A stretch of DNA of 64,000 bases, taken from assembly GCA_021204025.1 (NCBI GenBank), contig JAJQAC010000018.1:8549-72548 (forward strand). Direction: 5' to 3'. Shown here one piece after another: positions 1 through 10,774 of the stretch. Made by a program: the position numbers and the translations under genes. How positions within the stretch are numbered: position 1 is the first letter of the stretch; each line of letters starts with the position of its first letter. This stretch comes from Clostridiales bacterium (GTDB lineage Bacteria > Bacillota > Clostridia > Lachnospirales > Lachnospiraceae). Under the pieces are notes generated by a model. It worked only from the letters and a program-made list of their open reading frames with translations, ran no database searches and was not told where the DNA came from.

Positions 1-230
1 CAAAATGCGGCAGCTTCATGAAGCCGCTGGGGAAGGCGTCCGCAAATCTGAGCGAGAGCCTGCCGGTGCGAGAGGACTCCCGTGTCTAACAATGTCCACT
101 CTCCTGAGGAAAAAAGCACCAGACCGACCAGATACCGGTCCTCTTCGGAGTCGATAAAGTGTCCGAGCACCCGTTGGGCGTCATATCCCACGAGAACCTT
201 ACCCATGTCAAATACTATATTTTTAATCAT
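1..230 (-). CDS. HAD-superfamily hydrolase, N-terminal part (gene runs off the left edge)
   Basis: Not in the ORF track because no stop lies in the window. Reverse-strand ATG at 230..228 is preceded by GGAGGA (240..235). My translation MIKNIVFDMGKVLVGYDAQRVLGHF... has the FDxGxVL HAD motif-I-like N-terminus. Confidence 0.55.
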   Translation of the reverse strand, partial: MIKNIVFDMGKVLVGYDAQRVLGHFIDSEEDRYLVGLVLFSSGEWTLLDTGVLSHRQALAQICGRLPQRLHEAAAF

Positions 231-433
231 GATATCCTCCTGTGTTATCGCAAATGTTTTCGGACATGAATTACATTATAGCACGGAAATGTCCGGAATT
301 TGAACATTTTATTCCAGATATGGAGAAAAACTTCGGGGTTTATTTTTATGATTCCCTATGTTATACTATAATTCATTTGAAGAATTTTGCTTTTATCATT
401 TGATCGACTTGAGACATATCAGGAGACAATATC

Positions 434-2374
434 ATGATTGACGGTTATTTTCGTGTGGCGGCGGCGACGCCAAAGATTAAAGTGGCGGATCCGGTATATA
501 ATGCGGAGCAGATCTGTGCACTGATTGAGGAAGGAACAGCCCGTGGAGCGGGACTTATGGTTTTTCCGGAGCTTTGTCTGACCGGTTACACCTGCAACGA
601 TCTCTTTCTGCAGCTTCCGCTGTTGCGGAGCGCGAAGGAGCAGCTGGCTCGTATTGTGAAATTTACGGCAGGCAGATCGATGCTGATCTTTGTCGGACTT
701 CCATGGCCGCATGAGGGAAAGTTATATAATGTGGCGGCGGCAGTATGTGACGGTAAGCTGCTGGGGCTTGTGACAAAGACAAGTCTGCCGAATTATTCTG
801 AGTTTTATGAAAGAAGACATTATACGCCAGGCATGGCTGATCCGGTAGCGGCAGACTGGGAGGGCGGCAAAGTGCCACTGGGGACAAATCTGTTATTCCG
901 GATGAGGGAATGTCCTGAGCTGGTTATCGCGGGAGAGATCTGTGAAGATGTATGGGTTCCTAACCCGCCAAGTATCCGTCACGCGCTTGCGGGCGCGACG
1001 GTAATCGTGAACTGTTCGGCAAGCGATGAGGTGGTAGGCAAGGACACTTACCGCAAGCAGTTAATTGGAGGACAGTCGGCACGGCTGATCTGCGGATATG
1101 TGTATGCGAACGCCGGAGAGGGCGAATCCACGCAGGATCTGGTGTTTGGCGGGCATAATATCATCGCTGAAAATGGCACTACGCTGGCGGTGTCCGCACG
1201 TTTTAAACCGGAAACGATTTACGCGGATCTGGATCTTGAACGGTTAAACAGTGAGCGCCGCAGGACGACGACATATCCGGCAGCGGACAAGGAAGGATAT
1301 CTGACGGTCGATTTTTCCTTTGATACAAAGGCGATGGAGGAAGCACAGCGCAGAGAGCTGCTTCGCGTGATTGATAACCGTCCCTTTGTGCCTCATGATA
1401 TGACCGAGAGAAGCCGGCGGTGCGAGGAGATCTTTACCATACAGGCGATGGGATTGAAAAAGCGTCTGGAACACACAGGTACGAAGCATGTCGTAATCGG
1501 GATATCCGGCGGACTGGATTCAACGCTTGCGCTGCTGGTGTCAGCAAAGTCTTTTGATCTGCTGGGATTACCGAGAGATCAGATCCATGCGGTGACAATG
1601 CCGTGTTTTGGTACAACGGATCGCACATATCACAACGCTTGCCGGATGGCGGAGAAGCTGGGCGCTTCCCTGACCGAAGTAGATATCCGGGAAGCCGTGT
1701 TGCAGCATTTTTCCGATATCGGTCATGATCCGTCGGTTCATGATGTGACCTACGAAAACGGACAGGCGCGTGAACGCACGCAGGTTCTGATGGATCTGGC
1801 GAACCAGACAGGCGGGTTGGTTATCGGAACAGGAGATATGTCAGAGCTGGCGCTTGGCTGGGCGACCTACAACGGCGATCATATGTCGATGTATGGTGTA
1901 AATGTGTCTGTGCCAAAGACTCTGGTACGCCATCTCGTGAGATATTACGCCGATATTTGTGAGGGTGAGCTTGCCGAAGTGCTTCTGGATGTGCTGGATA
2001 CGCCGGTGAGTCCGGAATTATTGCCGCCGGAAGACGGAGTGATCTCACAAAAGACGGAAGATCTGGTGGGACCGTATGAACTGCATGATTTCTTCCTCTA
2101 TCATATTCTGAGGTTCGGATATATGCCTTCGAAGATTTACCGGATGGCTGTAATCGCGTTTGACGGTGAGTATGATGCCGGGACGATCCTGAAATGGCTG
2201 ACGGTTTTTTATCGTCGGTTTTTCGCCCAGCAGTTCAAGCGTTCCTGTCTGCCGGATGGGCCTAAGGTAGGTTCTGTCGCGGTTTCACCGCGAGGGGATC
2301 TGCGTATGCCAAGTGATGCAGCACGCAGGATCTGGATGGATGATCTGGAGAAAATCATGGATAGAGCTGAATAA
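434..2374 (+). CDS. nadE: Glutamine-dependent NAD+ synthetase (CN-hydrolase domain + NAD synthase domain)
   Basis: 646 aa ORF. The N-terminal half is nitrilase/CN-hydrolase-like (FPELCLTGY, EICED). The C-terminal half has the PP-loop GISGGLDS and a typical NadE tail. RBS AGGAGA lies upstream. Confidence 0.92.
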   Translation: MIDGYFRVAAATPKIKVADPVYNAEQICALIEEGTARGAGLMVFPELCLTGYTCNDLFLQLPLLRSAKEQLARIVKFTAGRSMLIFVGLPWPHEGKLYNVAAAVCDGKLLGLVTKTSLPNYSEFYERRHYTPGMADPVAADWEGGKVPLGTNLLFRMRECPELVIAGEICEDVWVPNPPSIRHALAGATVIVNCSASDEVVGKDTYRKQLIGGQSARLICGYVYANAGEGESTQDLVFGGHNIIAENGTTLAVSARFKPETIYADLDLERLNSERRRTTTYPAADKEGYLTVDFSFDTKAMEEAQRRELLRVIDNRPFVPHDMTERSRRCEEIFTIQAMGLKKRLEHTGTKHVVIGISGGLDSTLALLVSAKSFDLLGLPRDQIHAVTMPCFGTTDRTYHNACRMAEKLGASLTEVDIREAVLQHFSDIGHDPSVHDVTYENGQARERTQVLMDLANQTGGLVIGTGDMSELALGWATYNGDHMSMYGVNVSVPKTLVRHLVRYYADICEGELAEVLLDVLDTPVSPELLPPEDGVISQKTEDLVGPYELHDFFLYHILRFGYMPSKIYRMAVIAFDGEYDAGTILKWLTVFYRRFFAQQFKRSCLPDGPKVGSVAVSPRGDLRMPSDAARRIWMDDLEKIMDRAE

Positions 2375-2394
2375 AAAAGCGGATATCATATAAA

Positions 2395-3243
2395 ATGAAA
2401 GAAATGAAAGATAAGAAGCCGGCCGACGAACCGGATGACAGGAGCAAAAACAGAGTGATCAGCAGCACGTCTAACAAACAGGTAAAACAGGTAAATTCAC
2501 TGTTAAAAAAAGCAAAAACCAGGAGAGAGGAGGACCTTTTTGTTGCAGAGGGACTTCGGATATGCCGGGAGATTCCCAAAGACAGGATTTGCGCGATTTA
2601 TATGTCAGAAAGCTTTGCCAGGCAGGCACCGGCGGAGACTTTCTACGGGATTGCGCATACGGAACTGGTGACGGATGAAGTCTTCCGGGCGCTTTCGGAT
2701 ACGCAGACGCCGCAGGGAATTCTGGCGCTGGTAAAACAGTCTCATTACTCGCTGCAGGATCTGATGCCGGACTCAGGGAAACCGGCGCTGATTCTGGCAA
2801 TTGAGCGCCTTCAGGATCCGGGAAATCTGGGGACGATTATTCGCGCGGGAGAGGGAGCGGGCGTAACTGGTATTCTGATGGACAGAGAAACCGCCGATAT
2901 TTACAATCCAAAGGTGATACGAGCGACAATGGGCTCTGTCTTTCGTGTCCCTTTTATCTATGCGGATGACTGGAAGCAGTCGGTTTTATCTTTAAAATCG
3001 CAGGGCGTGAGAGTTTTTGCGGCCCATTTAAAGGGAAGTGAAAGTTACGATGAGGAGGATTATACAGGTCCGTCTGCTTTTATGATCGGTAATGAGGCAG
3101 GCGGTCTGACGGAGGAAGCCGCGTCTCTGGCGGATGTGCGTCTGAAGATACCGATGTTGGGCAAAGTCGAGTCCCTGAATGCTGCGGTTGCGTCTTCGGT
3201 GTTGATGTTTGAGGCTGCCAGACAGAGACGCCGGAAGATGTGA
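2395..3243 (+). CDS. TrmH/SpoU-family RNA 2'-O-methyltransferase
   Basis: 282 aa. Shows SpoU-methylase motifs (LQDPGNLGTIIR, IGNEAGGL, ESLNAAVA) and an N-terminal substrate-binding extension. Confidence 0.85.
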   Translation: MKEMKDKKPADEPDDRSKNRVISSTSNKQVKQVNSLLKKAKTRREEDLFVAEGLRICREIPKDRICAIYMSESFARQAPAETFYGIAHTELVTDEVFRALSDTQTPQGILALVKQSHYSLQDLMPDSGKPALILAIERLQDPGNLGTIIRAGEGAGVTGILMDRETADIYNPKVIRATMGSVFRVPFIYADDWKQSVLSLKSQGVRVFAAHLKGSESYDEEDYTGPSAFMIGNEAGGLTEEAASLADVRLKIPMLGKVESLNAAVASSVLMFEAARQRRRKM

Positions 3244-3363
3244 CGACAGATGGTCGGACATATCAGGTGTGATATTAAAATGATGAGACGCTTTTAACAG
3301 AAAGCCGATTGTAAAGCAGGGAAAAATCGTGTATGATGGTACAGTACAGAAGGAGGCTGATAG

Positions 3364-3807
3364 ATGATGCCGGTTTACTGGCTGATTGCTTTTGTAATCC
3401 TGACAGGAATTGAGGTATTTACCCTGGCGCTGACAACGGTCTGGTTTGCCGGAGGAGCTGTGGCAGGTTTTGTTTTGTCGCTTCTGGGTCTGCCTGTAGA
3501 GATTCAGCTTGTGGGATTTCTGGCAGTTTCCTTTCTGCTTCTCTTTTTTACCCGCCCGTTTGCGGCCCGGTTCGTCAATAACTCTACGGTGAAAACCAAT
3601 GTTGAGAGTCTGGTGGGTCAGACCGCGAGAGTGATTGAGAAGATTGATAATCACCTCGGTATGGGGACGGCTGTGGTAGGAGGACAGGAATGGATGGCCC
3701 GCGCATGGGCAGAGGACGAGATCTTTGAACCAGGCACGATTGTTGTGATCCGTGAGATTCGGGGCGTAAAGCTGATCGTCTGCGGGAAAGCAGAACAGGA
3801 GCATTGA
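3364..3807 (+). CDS. NfeD-family membrane protein
   Basis: 147 aa with an N-terminal TM region and a C-terminal OB-like NfeD domain. It sits immediately upstream of an SPFH gene, the classic NfeD-SPFH pair. GGAGG RBS. Confidence 0.8.
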   Translation: MMPVYWLIAFVILTGIEVFTLALTTVWFAGGAVAGFVLSLLGLPVEIQLVGFLAVSFLLLFFTRPFAARFVNNSTVKTNVESLVGQTARVIEKIDNHLGMGTAVVGGQEWMARAWAEDEIFEPGTIVVIREIRGVKLIVCGKAEQEH

Positions 3808-3858
3808 GTTTTCATCTGTTTTAAGACCACTGGAAATCCGGAAATGGAGGGAAATAAC

Positions 3859-4797
3859 ATGGTTGGTTTATTATTTTTTCTGGTATTGATTCTGGTTGTA
3901 TTGATACTGCTGTCGTCTTGTGTGCGGATTGTGCCACAGGCGCAGGCGCTCGTTGTGGAACGTCTGGGCGCGTATCTGGGAACCTGGTCTGTAGGGGTTC
4001 ATTTTATGGTGCCATTGATAGATCGTGTTGCGAAGCGGGTTATTTTAAAGGAGCAGGTAGTTGATTTTGCGCCGCAGCCGGTGATTACAAAAGATAATGT
4101 AACCATGCGGATTGATACGGTAGTCTTTTTTCAGATTACCGATCCGAAACTTTTCGCGTATGGAGTGGAAAATCCCATCATGGCGATTGAGAATCTGACC
4201 GCAACAACGCTGCGTAATATTATCGGTGACCTGGAACTGGACCAGACGTTAACTTCGAGGGAGACGATTAACACAAGGATGCGGGCGTCTCTGGATGTAG
4301 CTACTGATCCGTGGGGAATTAAGATTAATCGCGTGGAACTAAAAAATATCATTCCGCCTGCCGCAATTCAAGATGCGATGGAGAAGCAGATGAAAGCAGA
4401 ACGTGAGCGTCGTGAGGCAATTCTTCGCGCAGAGGGTGAAAAGAAATCGACGATTCTGGTTGCGGAAGGAAAAAAGGAGTCTGTGATCCTGGATGCGGAA
4501 GCGGATAAACAGGCCGCGATTCTGCATGCGGAGGCGGAAAAGGAAAAAAGGATCCGCGAGGCGGAAGGGGAAGCGGAAGCGATCCTTAAGGTTCAGCAGG
4601 CAAACGCAGACGGGATTCGTTATCTGAAGGAAGCAGGGGCAGATGCTGCCGTGCTGCAATTGAAGAGTCTGGAAGCATTTGCGGCGGCAGCTGATGGAAA
4701 AGCAACAAAAATTATTATACCTTCTGATATTCAGGGCATTGCCGGCCTGGTAAAGTCAGTTCAGGAGGTCGCGAAAGAAGATGGAGGCAGGGAATAA
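3859..4797 (+). CDS. SPFH/band-7 (stomatin/QmcA-like) protein
   Basis: ORF 3844..4797. The ATG at 3859 has better spacing to GGAGGG (3847..3852). N-terminal TM, SPFH core, and a C-terminal AE/K-rich coiled coil. Confidence 0.85.
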   Translation: MVGLLFFLVLILVVLILLSSCVRIVPQAQALVVERLGAYLGTWSVGVHFMVPLIDRVAKRVILKEQVVDFAPQPVITKDNVTMRIDTVVFFQITDPKLFAYGVENPIMAIENLTATTLRNIIGDLELDQTLTSRETINTRMRASLDVATDPWGIKINRVELKNIIPPAAIQDAMEKQMKAERERREAILRAEGEKKSTILVAEGKKESVILDAEADKQAAILHAEAEKEKRIREAEGEAEAILKVQQANADGIRYLKEAGADAAVLQLKSLEAFAAAADGKATKIIIPSDIQGIAGLVKSVQEVAKEDGGRE

Positions 4798-4798
4798 C

Positions 4799-5809
4799 AT
4801 GGATTTAAAGGGAAGGAATTTTCTGACACTGAAAGATTTTACACCGGAGGAGATCACATATTTGCTGGATCTTGCCGCTGAGCTAAAGAGGAAGAAGAAA
4901 GCAGGTATTCCGGTTGATCATTATCATGGAAAAAATGTGGCGCTGATTTTTGAAAAGAGCAGTACACGCACCCGCTGTTCTTTTGAGGTGGCCGCTCACG
5001 ATATGGGCATGGGGACTACCTATCTGGAACCGTCCAGTTCTCAGATTGGGAAAAAAGAAAGTATCGCGGATACTGCGAGAGTGCTGGGGCGGATTTATGA
5101 GGGGATTGAGTACCGTGGCTTCGGTCAGGAGATTGTAGAAGAACTGGCAAAATACGCGGGAGTGCCGGTTTGGAATGGCCTGACGAATGAGTACCATCCG
5201 ACACAGATGCTGGCGGACATGCTGACGATCCGGGAACATTTTGGAACATTAAAAGGACTTAAGCTGGTTTATCTCGGTGATGCGCGCTATAACATGGGAA
5301 ATTCCTATATGGTGACCTGCGCGAAGCTGGGCCTGGATTTTGTGGCCTGTGCTCCCAATAACTATTTCCCGAATCAGGAACTTGTAAAGGAATGTGAAGA
5401 ATACGCAAAGACCTCCGGTGCAACGATTACATTGACCGGCAGCATTGAAGAAGCAGTGCGTGGAGCAGATGTGGTCTGCACGGATGTCTGGGTGTCAATG
5501 GGCGAGCCGGATGAAGTCTGGGAGCAGAGAATCCGTGAGCTGACTCCCTATAAGGTAACCGCAGAGGTAATGAAGATGGCGGGAGAAAAGGCGATTTTCC
5601 TGCATTGTCTGCCGTCGTTTCATGATCTCAGGACAAAGATCGGTAAAGAGATGGGAGAACGTTTCGGAATCAAAGATATGGAAGTTACGGATGAGGTATT
5701 TGAATCCGCGCAGTCGAAAGTATTTGATGAGGCAGAGAACCGTATGCATACGATCAAGGCGGTAATGGTCGCTACGCTGGGAGAACAGGGGACTGTTTAT
5801 GCCGGATAA
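4799..5809 (+). CDS. argF: Ornithine carbamoyltransferase
   Basis: Carries the STRTR, HPTQ, DVWVSMG and HCLP motifs. The MDLKGRNFL start at 4799 follows the SPFH stop. The ORF-track start at 4781 is probably an upstream extension. Confidence 0.9.
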   Translation: MDLKGRNFLTLKDFTPEEITYLLDLAAELKRKKKAGIPVDHYHGKNVALIFEKSSTRTRCSFEVAAHDMGMGTTYLEPSSSQIGKKESIADTARVLGRIYEGIEYRGFGQEIVEELAKYAGVPVWNGLTNEYHPTQMLADMLTIREHFGTLKGLKLVYLGDARYNMGNSYMVTCAKLGLDFVACAPNNYFPNQELVKECEEYAKTSGATITLTGSIEEAVRGADVVCTDVWVSMGEPDEVWEQRIRELTPYKVTAEVMKMAGEKAIFLHCLPSFHDLRTKIGKEMGERFGIKDMEVTDEVFESAQSKVFDEAENRMHTIKAVMVATLGEQGTVYAG

Positions 5810-6098
5810 AAGACATAACCCGCGCAGTACAGCGCTGATGCTGGATCTTTTGCATATAGTGGTGGGAATTCTGGTGGTAGTTTGTGCGATTTTAGTCTTT
5901 TCCTACCCGGACGACAATCAGATCCTTTTTCCGGTTATATTCTGGCTGGCAGCTTTATTAAATGGCGTGAATGGCTGGGTGCGCCTGCACACCGTCGAAA
6001 GAGGCAGACGCAGGCTGGGAGGGGGCATCCTGCTGTGCGCATCGGCTGTAATTCTTTTTGTGGTTGGTGTGGTAAGTGCTGTAAGTCTCTGGACATAA
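5799..6098 (+). CDS. Small integral membrane protein, function unknown
   Basis: 99 aa with about three hydrophobic helices. It overlaps the argF stop by 11 nt, which suggests coupling. I recognise no family. Confidence 0.45.
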   Translation: MPDKRHNPRSTALMLDLLHIVVGILVVVCAILVFSYPDDNQILFPVIFWLAALLNGVNGWVRLHTVERGRRRLGGGILLCASAVILFVVGVVSAVSLWT

Positions 6099-6110
6099 TG
6101 AGGTGAGTTT

Positions 6111-7091
6111 GTGAAAGCAGAAATTTTAAAAATGCTGACGGAGGCGCAGGACTATCTGTCGGGTCAGACTCTTTGCGATTATTTCCATGTATCAAGGACT
6201 GCAGTATGGAAGGCGGTCCGGCAGCTTCAGGAGGAAGGGTACGAGATCGAAGCTGTCCGTAACCGTGGATATCGTCTGGTGAAGAAAGAGGATATTTATT
6301 CCGGGACCGGAATTGTAAGTGCTTTGAAGACAAGGTGGCTGGGACATCATCTTGTTTTTATGGAAGAGACAGATTCGAGTAATAATCAGATTCGTCGGCT
6401 GGCCGAACAGGGAGCCGGCAAAGGGACTTTGGTGGTCGCAGATCAGCAGAATGCCGGCAAAGGCAGACGGGGCCGTAGCTGGCTGTCGGCTGAGGGCAGC
6501 GGAGTGTGGATGAGTTTTTTACTCCGCCCGCAGTTTCAGCCGGAAAGCGCGTCGATGGTGACACTGGTAACGGCGCTTGCTGTCGCAGACGGCATTTATG
6601 AAACAACGGGTCTTGACTGTGGGATTAAATGGCCGAATGATCTGGTAATCGATGGTAAAAAGGTCTGCGGGATCCTTACGGAGATGAGTTCAGATATGGA
6701 CACGATACAGTATATCGTGGTGGGCATAGGGATCAATGTGGGTATCAGGGAATTCCCGTCAGAGATCCGGGAAACCGCGACTTCGCTGGAGTTGTGTCTG
6801 GAGGAATCTGTAAACAGGGTGAAGCTGATCGATGCGGTACTGAGACACTGGGAAGAACGGTATGATGCCTTTTTACAGAAGATGGATTTAAGCCTCCTGC
6901 AGGATGATTATCAACGAAGACTGGTCAATGTGGAGAACCAGGTGAGGGTTCTTGGCTATTCTGAGGACTATGTGGGGATTTCACATGGGATTACCCCGAC
7001 AGGAGAACTGATTGTGGAACTTGAGGACGGCGAGGTACGGAAGGTAACCTCTGGTGAAGTCTCTGTCAGAGGGGTATACGGATATGTGTGA
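6111..7091 (+). CDS. birA: Bifunctional biotin-[acetyl-CoA-carboxylase] ligase / biotin operon repressor
   Basis: 326 aa with a GTG start. N-terminal wHTH, the biotin-ligase GKGRRGRSW loop and KWPND, and a C-terminal SH3-like tail. Confidence 0.92.
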   Translation: MKAEILKMLTEAQDYLSGQTLCDYFHVSRTAVWKAVRQLQEEGYEIEAVRNRGYRLVKKEDIYSGTGIVSALKTRWLGHHLVFMEETDSSNNQIRRLAEQGAGKGTLVVADQQNAGKGRRGRSWLSAEGSGVWMSFLLRPQFQPESASMVTLVTALAVADGIYETTGLDCGIKWPNDLVIDGKKVCGILTEMSSDMDTIQYIVVGIGINVGIREFPSEIRETATSLELCLEESVNRVKLIDAVLRHWEERYDAFLQKMDLSLLQDDYQRRLVNVENQVRVLGYSEDYVGISHGITPTGELIVELEDGEVRKVTSGEVSVRGVYGYV

Positions 7092-7138
7092 TGGCCGGTT
7101 GAAGATGATATACTTTTAGCTGAGAAGAATCAGATCAG

Positions 7139-7170
7139 GGGAGAATACTGCATAGCGGTATTCTCTTTTA
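7139..7170 (+). terminator. Rho-independent terminator after birA
   Basis: Stem GAGAATAC (7141..7148) pairs with GTATTCTC (7158..7165), followed by TTTTA. Confidence 0.65.
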
Positions 7171-7181
7171 CCTTATACGCG

Positions 7182-7240
7182 CGGGCGGATATGAAAATTA
7201 TGCAGCTGACGCTGCTTTCGCTTCGGTCGGCGTTAAACGG
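7182..7240. repeat. Intergenic hairpin repeat, GCAGCTGACGCTGC family (short copy)
   Basis: CGGGCGGATATGAAAATTATGCAGCTGACGCTGC...CGCTTCGGTCGGCGTTAAACGG aligns by eye with 58588.. and 49822.. Confidence 0.75.
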
Positions 7241-7270
7241 ACATGGGATAAACGTATAAAACAGGTAAAA

Positions 7271-8389
7271 ATGGACAATTTAGACAATAGCAGGAATCGG
7301 AATGATAAAGAATTCGATTATGAGGAATCAATGAACGCAGAGGATGCAGCGCATTATCTTCTCCCGATCGCAGAACCTCTGGTGAGCTGGTACGAGTCGC
7401 ATGCCAGAATCCTGCCATGGAGAGAGGATCCGACACCATATCAGGTCTGGATCTCGGAGATTATGCTGCAGCAGACAAGAATCGAGGCGGTAAAGCCGTA
7501 TTATGAGCGATTCCTGTCGGAGCTTCCTGATGTCGCAGACTTAGCAGCTGTGGAAGATGACAGGTTGATGAAGCTGTGGTAGGGATTGGGCTACTATAAT
7601 CGTGCCAGAAATTTAAAGAAAGCTGCGCAGACAGTGATGACGGAGTATGGCGGTCGCCTACCGGATGAACGTGAAAAACTGCAAAAGCTCTCCGGAATCG
7701 GCAGCTACACGGCCGGAGCGATAGCTTCGATCGCGTTTGGTCGTCCGGAACCTGCGGTAGACGGAAATGTTCTCAGAATATTTTCGAGGCTTACGGCAGG
7801 GCATGACGATATCGCAAAACAGTCAACAAAGAAAAAGTGGGAGGATATCATCCGGCAGATTATTCCACAGGATCACGCAAGTCATTTTAATCAGGGATTG
7901 TTTGAAGTTGGAGAGCTGATCTGTATTCCGAATGGGGCGCCGCACTGCGAGCAGTGTCCGCTTGCCTTTTGCTGTCTGGCCAGTATGCGTGGACTGACGG
8001 GAGAGATTCCGATAAAAATGACGCAGAAAAAACGGAAAATTGAAAAGATCACGGTATGTATTCTGGAGTCAGAAGGCAGAATAGCATTGCATAAAAGACC
8101 GGATCAGGGGCTTTTAGCGTCTCTGTATGAGCTGCCTAATGTACCCGGACATTTAGAAGAAGAGAAACTTGCGGAAGCGTTTTTTATCCGGCCGGACATG
8201 GTGCTTTCGGTAGAAAAGCTGCCAGAGGCAAAGCATATCTTTTCTCATATTGAATGGCATATGACCGGTTACCAGGTTTGCATTCATGGACCGATTCCGG
8301 ATCATTGGATTGCGGTGGATAAAATAGAAATAAAGCAAAAATATGCGCTGCCAAACGCGTTTCAAAAATATGCAGAACTGATCGGGTGA
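7271..8389 (+). pseudogene. mutY: A/G-specific adenine DNA glycosylase MutY interrupted by an in-frame TAG at 7580..7582
   Basis: ORFs 7271..7582 and 7586..8389 are in the same frame. Together they read ...DDRLMKLW*GLGYYNRARNLKKAAQ, where MutY/Nth proteins have LW-E/T-GLGYY-RARNL. Also present are the N-terminal LPWR/SEIMLQQT motif, the Cys cluster CIPNGAPHCEQCPLAFCC and a C-terminal NUDIX-like domain. Confidence 0.85.
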
Positions 8390-8398
8390 AATAAGCTG

Positions 8399-8427
8399 TT
8401 GAAAAATGATGAAAACTGTTATATAAT
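8399..8427 (+). promoter_or_regulatory. Sigma-A type promoter upstream of rpoD
   Basis: TTGAAA (8399..8404), a 17 nt spacer, then TATAAT (8422..8427). Confidence 0.55.
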
Positions 8428-8492
8428 AATAAATTGCGTAGACTTTTTGGAAGCAAAGACGACGGTCGCTTTGTCTTAGAAAGGGTGTTACA

Positions 8493-9626
8493 GTGGAAAA
8501 AGATAATTTTGAGGAAAAGCTGAATAAACTGGTGGAAGCAGCCAGGAAGAAGCACAATGTGCTTGACATCACCGAAGTCAACGATTTTTTTACAGGCGAT
8601 AATCTTACCCCTGAACAGATGGAACACATCTATGCTTATCTGGAAGAAAAGCATATCGATGTCGGCCCTGTTATTGATGAAAATACGTTAACAGATGACG
8701 CGCTTGCAATGGATGATGACGATGATATCGATCTGGATGACAGCTTTTTAAAGGAATCCGAAGACGTGGATCTGGAAGCGGTAGATCTGCTTGAGGGGAT
8801 AGGCACGGAAGATCCGGTGCGTATGTACCTGAAAGAGATAGGTACTGTGCCGCTTTTGACTTCTGAGGAAGAATTGATTCTGGCTAAGAAGAAGACCGAG
8901 GGTGATGAACACGCTAAGGAACGTCTGATTGAGGCGAATCTGCGCCTTGTGGTGAGTATCGCGAAGCGCTATACGGGCCGCGGCATGAGTTTTCTGGATC
9001 TGGTTCAGGAAGGAAATCTTGGCCTTATTAAAGGCGTTGAGAAATTTGATTATACAAAGGGTTATAAGCTGAGTACATATGCTACTTGGTGGATTCGTCA
9101 GTCGGTGACCCGCGCGCTGGCGGATCAGGCGCGCACGATCCGTGTTCCGGTGCATATGGTTGAAACGATTAATAAAATGTCCAAAATGCAGCGTAAACTG
9201 ACGCTGGAACTGGGATATGAGCCGTCGGTAACAGAACTGGCTGAGGCGCTGGAAATGTCAGAGGACAAGGTTATGGAGATCATGCAGATCGCCAGAGAGC
9301 CTGCCTCTCTGGAAACACCGATTGGTGAAGAAGATGATTCCAATCTGGGAGATTTTGTCGCGGACAATAATGTGCTGACACCAGAGGGAAATGTCGAATC
9401 TGTGATGCTGAGAGAACATATCGACACGCTACTTGGCGACCTGAAAGAGCGTGAGAGACAGGTGATTGTACTTCGTTTTGGACTGGAGGATGGTCATCCG
9501 CGTACACTGGAAGAGGTTGGAAAGGAATTTAACGTGACTCGTGAACGGATTCGTCAGATTGAGGCGAAAGCACTGCGTAAGCTGCGTAATCCGGTGAGAA
9601 GTAAGCGGATCCGGGATTTCCTGTAA
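8493..9626 (+). CDS. rpoD: Primary RNA polymerase sigma factor (SigA/RpoD)
   Basis: 377 aa with a GTG start and an acidic region 1. Regions 2 to 4 are present ([49 protein letters not shown]). Confidence 0.95.
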   Translation: MEKDNFEEKLNKLVEAARKKHNVLDITEVNDFFTGDNLTPEQMEHIYAYLEEKHIDVGPVIDENTLTDDALAMDDDDDIDLDDSFLKESEDVDLEAVDLLEGIGTEDPVRMYLKEIGTVPLLTSEEELILAKKKTEGDEHAKERLIEANLRLVVSIAKRYTGRGMSFLDLVQEGNLGLIKGVEKFDYTKGYKLSTYATWWIRQSVTRALADQARTIRVPVHMVETINKMSKMQRKLTLELGYEPSVTELAEALEMSEDKVMEIMQIAREPASLETPIGEEDDSNLGDFVADNNVLTPEGNVESVMLREHIDTLLGDLKERERQVIVLRFGLEDGHPRTLEEVGKEFNVTRERIRQIEAKALRKLRNPVRSKRIRDFL

Positions 9627-9631
9627 AAAAG

Positions 9632-10252
9632 ATGAATCAGAGAAATTTTCAGAAAGAACTGGATAAAATCATACAGAGGATTCAAAAGGAGAGCCGGACA
9701 CCCCGGCTCTTGCTGCATGCGTGCTGTGCGCCCTGTAGCAGCTACTGCCTTGAATATCTGTCAGAATATTTTGCGATTACCGTCTTTTATTATAACCCTA
9801 ATATTTCACCGGAAAGTGAGTATCAGAAACGGGTGGAAGAGTTGAGAAGACTGCTGGAGCAGTTACCGGTAAAAAATCCGGTGCGGCTGGAAGTGGGCGC
9901 ATATGAGCCGTGGAGGTTTCTGGCAATGGCGCGCGGAATGGAGCAGCTGCCGGAGGGCGGTGAGCGTTGTTTTGGCTGTTATCGCCTGCGCCTTGAAGAG
10001 ACTGCCAGAATGGCTGCGGAGGGCGGATATGATTACTTTACGACAACGCTTACGATCAGTCCGCTTAAAAACGCGGCAAAGCTCAACGAGATCGGAGAGG
10101 AACTGGGTGAGATTTATCAGGTAGCCTGTCTGCCGTCGGATTTTAAAAAGAAAAACGGTTATAAGCGGTCGGTGGAGTTATCCGCGGAATATGGACTTTA
10201 CCGTCAGAATTACTGCGGATGTATATTCTCGATGAGAACGGATAAGATATAG
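9632..10252 (+). CDS. queH: Epoxyqueuosine reductase QueH (DUF208)
   Basis: 206 aa. Shows LLLHACCAPCSSY, CFGCYRLRLEE and a C-terminal NYCGCIFS, which are characteristic QueH Cys motifs. Confidence 0.85.
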   Translation: MNQRNFQKELDKIIQRIQKESRTPRLLLHACCAPCSSYCLEYLSEYFAITVFYYNPNISPESEYQKRVEELRRLLEQLPVKNPVRLEVGAYEPWRFLAMARGMEQLPEGGERCFGCYRLRLEETARMAAEGGYDYFTTTLTISPLKNAAKLNEIGEELGEIYQVACLPSDFKKKNGYKRSVELSAEYGLYRQNYCGCIFSMRTDKI

Positions 10253-10366
10253 GAGAATGCGAGAGGGAGTTGACATGATCAGGCGGATTTACAAGGTCTG
10301 ATAAAACTGGCTTTGTGTCATGGTAATATATGTAACAAAAAAACGTCGGGAGAATGGTTTAATGAC

Positions 10367-10395
10367 TTGACACTTTGCATAAAATGTACTAAAAT
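10367..10395 (+). promoter_or_regulatory. Near-consensus sigma-A promoter for ptsH
   Basis: TTGACA (10367..10372), a 17 nt spacer, then TAAAAT (10390..10395), about 70 nt upstream of the ptsH start. Confidence 0.65.
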
Positions 10396-10467
10396 TCTAC
10401 CTATAGGGTTCATACAAAACGTACGGAACGGAAAAATTTTATCTTAAACTATAAAGGAGAATGTGCC

Positions 10468-10734
10468 ATGCTTAGTAAAAATCTGAAAGTTGTAAATCCA
10501 TCGGGCCTGCATTTGAGACCAGCGGGAGTATTATCCCAGACTGCTATGAAGTTCAAATGTGATGTTATTATCCAGACCGGTGAGAAAAAGATCATTGCGA
10601 AGAGCGTATTGAATGTTATGGCGGCAGGCATTAAATCCGGCACCGAGATCACGTTGATCTGCGATGGCGAGGATGAGGCAGAGGCTATGGCTACGATCAG
10701 CCAGGCAATCGAGAGTGGATTGGGCGAGATGTAA
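10468..10734 (+). CDS. ptsH: Phosphocarrier protein HPr
   Basis: 88 aa. His15 sits in GLHLRPA and Ser46 in AKSVLNVM. AGGAGA RBS. Confidence 0.93.
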   Translation: MLSKNLKVVNPSGLHLRPAGVLSQTAMKFKCDVIIQTGEKKIIAKSVLNVMAAGIKSGTEITLICDGEDEAEAMATISQAIESGLGEM

Positions 10735-10774
10735 TTTTTGATATTGCGCACTCAGGGAGCGTCAGGTGACGTTC

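Noticed and set aside
82-303. ORF 82..303 (+) at the left edge
   Set aside because: It overlaps, on the opposite strand, a better-supported HAD-hydrolase N-terminus that has a consensus RBS. Its translation has no recognisable features.
7580-7582. TAG in mutY as programmed recoding (pyrrolysine or readthrough)
   Set aside because: No pyl genes or recoding signals are visible in the window. The position aligns to an ordinary Glu/Thr in homologues, so a nonsense mutation or sequencing error is the simpler explanation.
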